DNA from: Ancylonema sp.
Lineage: Eukaryota
Reading direction: 5' to 3'
DNA length: 64,000 nucleotides
NCBI GenBank assembly: GCA_050230475.1
Contig: JBFLGF010000019.1
Coordinates: 1-64,000 of the forward strand
In this document: positions 59,381 through 64,000 of the stretch, one piece after another
How the letters are laid out: every line of letters begins with the position of its first letter
Position numbering within the stretch: the stretch's first letter is position 1
Translations under genes and position numbers: made by a program
The notes under the pieces: model-generated
What the model saw: only the letters and a program-made list of their open reading frames with translations
Databases searched by the model: none
Told to the model about the DNA's origin: nothing

Positions 59381-61367
59381 TCACCTCCTCCGCCTTCGAA
59401 TGGAATCATTTTTATATTTTTCGTTGTCGCTGCTATGAGATCGTGAATCATCATCATCCTCATCACCATCATCATCACGTTCCCTCTTACTCCCCCTTTC
59501 CTCTATCACACCTTCCCTCCTTCGCTTTTTACCTTCCTCCCTCCCCTTCCGCCTCTCCGCATCCCCTCCTCTCTTCCTCCCCTCTCCCTCCCTACTCCCT
59601 CCCCCCCCCCCCTCTCTTTCCTCCTCCGACCCCTCGGTTGCCTTCGCCCTTCGCCTCTTCTCCCTCTTCTCCTCCTTGTCCTTCTTCTCCCTCCTCCTCT
59701 TCCTCCGCTCCTTCTCCCTCTCCTTCTCTCGCGCCCTGTCTCTTTCCTCAAACGCTTTCTTCAGCGCTTTCCGCTCCTTCTCCGACAGAGCCGTCCACAC
59801 GTGTGCCGCGATCGCCCCCTCCCCCACCCCCTCCTCCCATCCTCCCCCTCCCTCTTCTTGTTCCTCCTCGCCTGCCAGAATCTGTTGATTCGGATCCTCG
59901 GGTCCGAACCCTCCCCTGGGCGGGCTGAACCCTCCCACCTGCTGCTTCAACTCCCAGCGCAGCGGCTGCAACCCCCCAACCCCAACCCCCCAACCTGGTC
60001 AGGTCGGCCTCTGCCCCCCACACCACCCTTCCCTCCCAACTCGTCCTCCTTCCTCCTTCCCCGTAAGGGACCCCTGAGGTTACCCCATGGTTACCTCAGA
60101 GGAGACGGTGGCGTGTATGGTTGTGAGCGGGTCCTCCCTCTTCTGCCGCGCCAACTCGAGTGGCGTGAGTTCGTCCTTCTTCTCACACTCCCGATCGCCG
60201 CTCTGATGCCCCATGGAACCGCACTTGGCGCAACGAACGTTGCGGATCTCGATGCCAAAGGGCTTGGGACGACCCGCAATCCCCGTGTCCTCCCTGCAGG
60301 GGAAAACGGTAGGTGCCACGTCAACTCTCACTCTCCTTTCTACAGTAGCTTCTTTCCGTTTCCACGTTTTGGCTCACTTTGGTGCGTTGACGAGCTGTGG
60401 GAACTCTTCTGCGGTCGCGATGGTGCGGCCGAACACGTCCTTGGCGCGACGTTTACGCTTGCCGGGGGCCTCTACCTCCACCAACGCGTCTTCGCCGGGG
60501 GGGGGGGGGGGACCCTCGCCGTCGCTCTCACCACCCTCCTCCAGCCTGCGGGTGACCAGCGGTTGTTGAGGAGGGGAAATGAGGATGCGTGCACGGCGTA
60601 AAGTGTGAGTCGTTATCGTCATCGTGATCCTGTTCCTGGCCTTGCCTTGTGCTGCTTTCTTGGAGAGCTTTTTGTTCGTCAGCGATTTCGGCCGCTCTGG
60701 CGCTTTCTGCGTTATATCCGGGGGGTTTGGTGTACATGAAGCTCACTGCCTGCATCGCCTCAATCTGAAGACAGCCTCCCAACCATTCGTTATAAGGAGA
60801 ACGGACCCTTCCGCGAGATGCCCTGCCGTGCGCTGCCACTTACCCTCTCTTTCTCCTTCGAGGACATGAGAGACGCATTTCGGAAGAAGTCCTGCTCCTG
60901 GTTGAACTGCGAACAGGAAACACAAAATATCTTTGGGTGTACAATGCAGTATAGCAACAGCCAAGATGCGCGGTCATGACTACAGGTGATACTGTACGAT
61001 AGCTTCAGCAAAACGTCCGGATTTTACAGGGTGCGTGTGGTCAAATCCTCTACTGTGACTACGTGAGCCGCTGGTGGGGCCTCAGAGTAAGAAAGTAACA
61101 AGACCGCTAATATTATGCAGAAATGGAAAATTGGCAACGATGGCAGTCGGTGGGACGACGGACCTCCTTCGAAATGGCATCATTCGCTCGCTCATGCTGA
61201 GCGTGCTTTTGCTCTGCAATCCACTTGCGCTTCTGGTTGGGGTACGAAAGCGGATGCCAGTGCTTTTGGTTCAAGTAGTTGTGACTCCATGCGTTACCAG
61301 ACTTCAACTTAAAATCAACCTCCGCAGTGACTGGGTTTTTTTTCGGGTCCACCGCGGGATGCACCAT
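59381..61367 (-). CDS. CIR1/Cwc25-like N-terminal domain protein with CCHC zinc knuckle (At4g19190-like), multi-exon
   Basis: EVDFKLKSGNAWSHNYLNQKHWHPLSYPNQKRKWIAEQ, EQDFF, AVSFMYTKPPGY, KDVFGR, KPFGIEIRNVRCAKCGSMGHQSGDREC, REDPL, and a K/R/E-rich tail. GT-AG introns. Confidence 0.88.
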
Positions 61368-61753
61368 AGCGGGCACCGCGCGATGACAGAATTATGCACG
61401 GCAGAGAGGCCACACGCTTTCAAGAGCCGATCCCACCTCCTCCTACTCCGCCTCGTCCTCCAAATTGGAGTCGTTCACGAGCGCGGGCACTGAGGTCGCA
61501 GTGCCCGGCTGTAAAAATGAATATCGGTATCCAGGATCGGTGTCGGTGATAAATTCTTTGGGACCTGCACCCCGCCGCGATAAGAGGGGTACCCATCGGC
61601 AATACAAATCCACGTCGGCGAAAATCGGTCACGCTTTGGAACTCAAACAAAGTTCCCGGACGCGTTCCCGGTTACGGCACCGGTAGTTCAGGGGCGCGGA
61701 CGTCAACCACCGACGTGAGCTGGTACACTTTTGACATTAACATGGCCGGCCGG

Positions 61754-61765
61754 CCAATCACGTGG
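61754..61765. promoter_or_regulatory. Adjacent CCAAT box and G-box (CCAATCACGTGG) in a divergent promoter
   Basis: The motif lies between the head-to-head CIR1-like and LCAT-like genes. Function is inferred only. Confidence 0.35.
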
Positions 61766-62221
61766 TTGCTCGACATTGCTGCCGCCGGGAAGATTTTGGT
61801 TTTGATTTTTGGTTCAGATTTGTCAGCAGTGACGAAAACTGCCAAACTTGCATGCGAGGATTCTGTCTGTGCAGACACGGTACGTGCGGAGACTGATGGA
61901 ACCAAATATTCATGGAGGTACCGGGGTAATCTTGCACAACTTGCTGCCAAAGAAAGCTGCTGCCGACACTTTAGTTTATGAAACGCGACTGGTTAAGCTA
62001 CGAGCATCATGACGGGGAATGCGAGTTTGGCCGCCCTGCATCTTCTGGATACTTAAGAGATAATATTCGAGGCACCTGCAACAGTAGCAATCAAGTTTCA
62101 GTCGAACTGTTCCGAACTGTTCCGTTTTGCTATGATACAGCATTTATTTAATTTCCACAGCGGTGTGATGTTGAAGAGAGGCCTACCCCGATGCAGTCTT
62201 CAGGGACCCTATTTTTACACC

Positions 62222-63990
62222 ATGGGGATCCTCGTCAGCGTCCCCATGCTTCTTTTCTCCCTCATTTCTTTGATCAAATTGTTGCGCTCTGGCTCTGGTG
62301 TGATGCCATGGGGCGCTCGGGTGGAGCATCCTATCGTGTTCTTTCCTGGGTACAGCACGTCAAGACTCAAGGTATCACGCTGTTCCTTCGTACTGTCGGT
62401 GAGGGGTGTAACGGTTACGAGTCATGGTAAAAATTACGAGTTATGGTAAAGTTCGCCCGCACGCTCATTTACTTTTAGTGCTCAGCTCCTTTCGGATAAT
62501 CCTCATAAGTCTTCAAAGATGACCGGCTCATCTCAAGTTGCTAATTGCGACTCGCGTCACTTTTGCTGACCGGACCTTTGGCTTCATGAGCTGCATCGCA
62601 TAGCATCTGAACCCATCCCACATCCAGACCGTCGGCATCTCAAGGAGTGGTTTACATTACAACTCTTCCACGGTCAATAGCCATTCTATGTCAATATCAT
62701 CCTCGGAGGCCAGCTGGCGCTCTCTCAGCGGTAGCGCTGTAGATTGTAAGAGGTTGTAAAATTGACTAGACTCGGAGAGCGGTTATCCAGACGAAGGTAT
62801 CGGAAAGCAAATACGACTCCTTATCGACCTCGCCCCTTCCGTGGCCGCAGGTTACGGTAACCAACCAGAACTTCTCCTCGACCTGCCCCGCCAATGCCAG
62901 CTTCGAGTTCTTTTCCGGTCATGTCATCCCATGGGCCTTCAGCGAGCGATGTGTTCTGGAGGTAGACATTCAGAACCGATCACCGGTCACTGGTAACTGC
63001 TAACCGGGGTTACGATTCCATGGTCTCAAGGCACCAGTTCTCATGACTGTTCCCCTGTGTCATATTGTGTCTGCGGCTGCAGTCTCTGCGCGTAGTGGAT
63101 ACCGGAGAGGGTGGGGTTTGCGGTGGGGTTTGGGACCTCACCCACCGCTTCCGCAGTCCTGCGGGAGTGACCGTCGAGTTGGCTGACTTCGGTTCGCCCC
63201 AGTGCGCTCCCATCTACGTCCCCCTATACCTACGACTCATCGCTGCCGGGTACTCCGTAGGTATAACGGGGAAAGGGAAGAGAGAGCACCCGAGAGGAAC
63301 CCCTTTCGAACCTTGGCACTCAACCTTTTTTTCGTATTCTTGTTCCCGTCCTCTGCAGGTTTCGATTTGTTTTCCGCGTGCTACGATTTCCGCATGGCGC
63401 CCAATGTGGACGTAACCCCTGGCCACACGTTCTTCAACGCCTCCCGCCACCTCATCGAGACGGCATACGCCAATGGAGGCAACCGCCGCGTGTACCTACT
63501 GGCCCACTCCAACGGCGGCCCCATGGCACAGGCACTCCTCCTGTCCCAACCCCAGGAGTGGAGAGACAAGTACGTGGCTGGCCTGGTGGCGTATGCTGGC
63601 AACTGGGCGGGCCAGGGAAGTTTTGCACAGTTTCTGTTTACGGGCGTTTCTTTTACGGACTACTCCACCTGGCGACCTGAGGCGGCAGAGGTGCTGCAGA
63701 CGTGGCCGGCTGTCTACTTCTCGATGGCGCAGCCGGAGGTGTTTGGGAACTCGGAGGTCATCATCGCTGCGGGGAATAAGAGTTACACGCCGGGCGACTA
63801 CGATGAGATGTTTGCGGACGCGAAAATGACGCAGCCTGCGGTTCTGTTCCGTCTCTTCAACGGGGTGGTGAAGCCGTCGCAGGCGCCGCACGTGAATGTG
63901 TTTTCGTTCTACGGATCCAAACTGAAGACGCAAGTGGGGAGCGAGCTTCCTGAGCTGAAGACGGGAGTGATCCCCACGGGGAAAATTTAG
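62222..63990 (+). CDS. LCAT / group XV phospholipase A2-like alpha/beta hydrolase with hydrophobic N-terminus; 3' end at the window edge
   Basis: Exons 62222-62371, 62851-62961, 63083-63260 and 63359-63990. Motifs HPIVFFPG..SRL, LIAAGY, YDFRMAP, VYLLAHSNGG (nucleophile elbow) and EWRDKYV. Confidence 0.85.
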
Positions 63991-64000
63991 TTGGAGGGGG

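Overview
Eukaryotic nuclear DNA from the green-plant lineage, most likely a streptophyte alga or early-diverging land plant (inferred from gene content and GT-AG introns). Six host genes are supported: an intronless plastid-targeted Orn/Lys/Arg decarboxylase (-), augmin subunit 6 (+), TTI1 (-), ubiquilin/DSK2 (+), a CIR1/Cwc25-like CCHC protein (-) and an LCAT-like lipase (+, at the window edge). About 18-43 kb is a nest of LTR retrotransposons. It holds four Copia insertions from three related LTR families, all with half-tRNA-iMet-type PBS. Next to them is a degenerate Ty3/Gypsy-type element reading gag-zinc knuckle-protease-spacer-C5 DNA methyltransferase fold, with no recognisable RT or integrase. 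The methyltransferase domain keeps its structural motifs but has lost every catalytic motif. A 474-bp TRIM inserted in that gag shows a Tf1-like self-priming signature instead of a tRNA PBS. The window also has a hAT element with an internally inverted transposase, nested in a pogo/mariner-like element, plus several hAT and mariner MITEs. All family assignments are by eye from remembered motifs; no searches were run.
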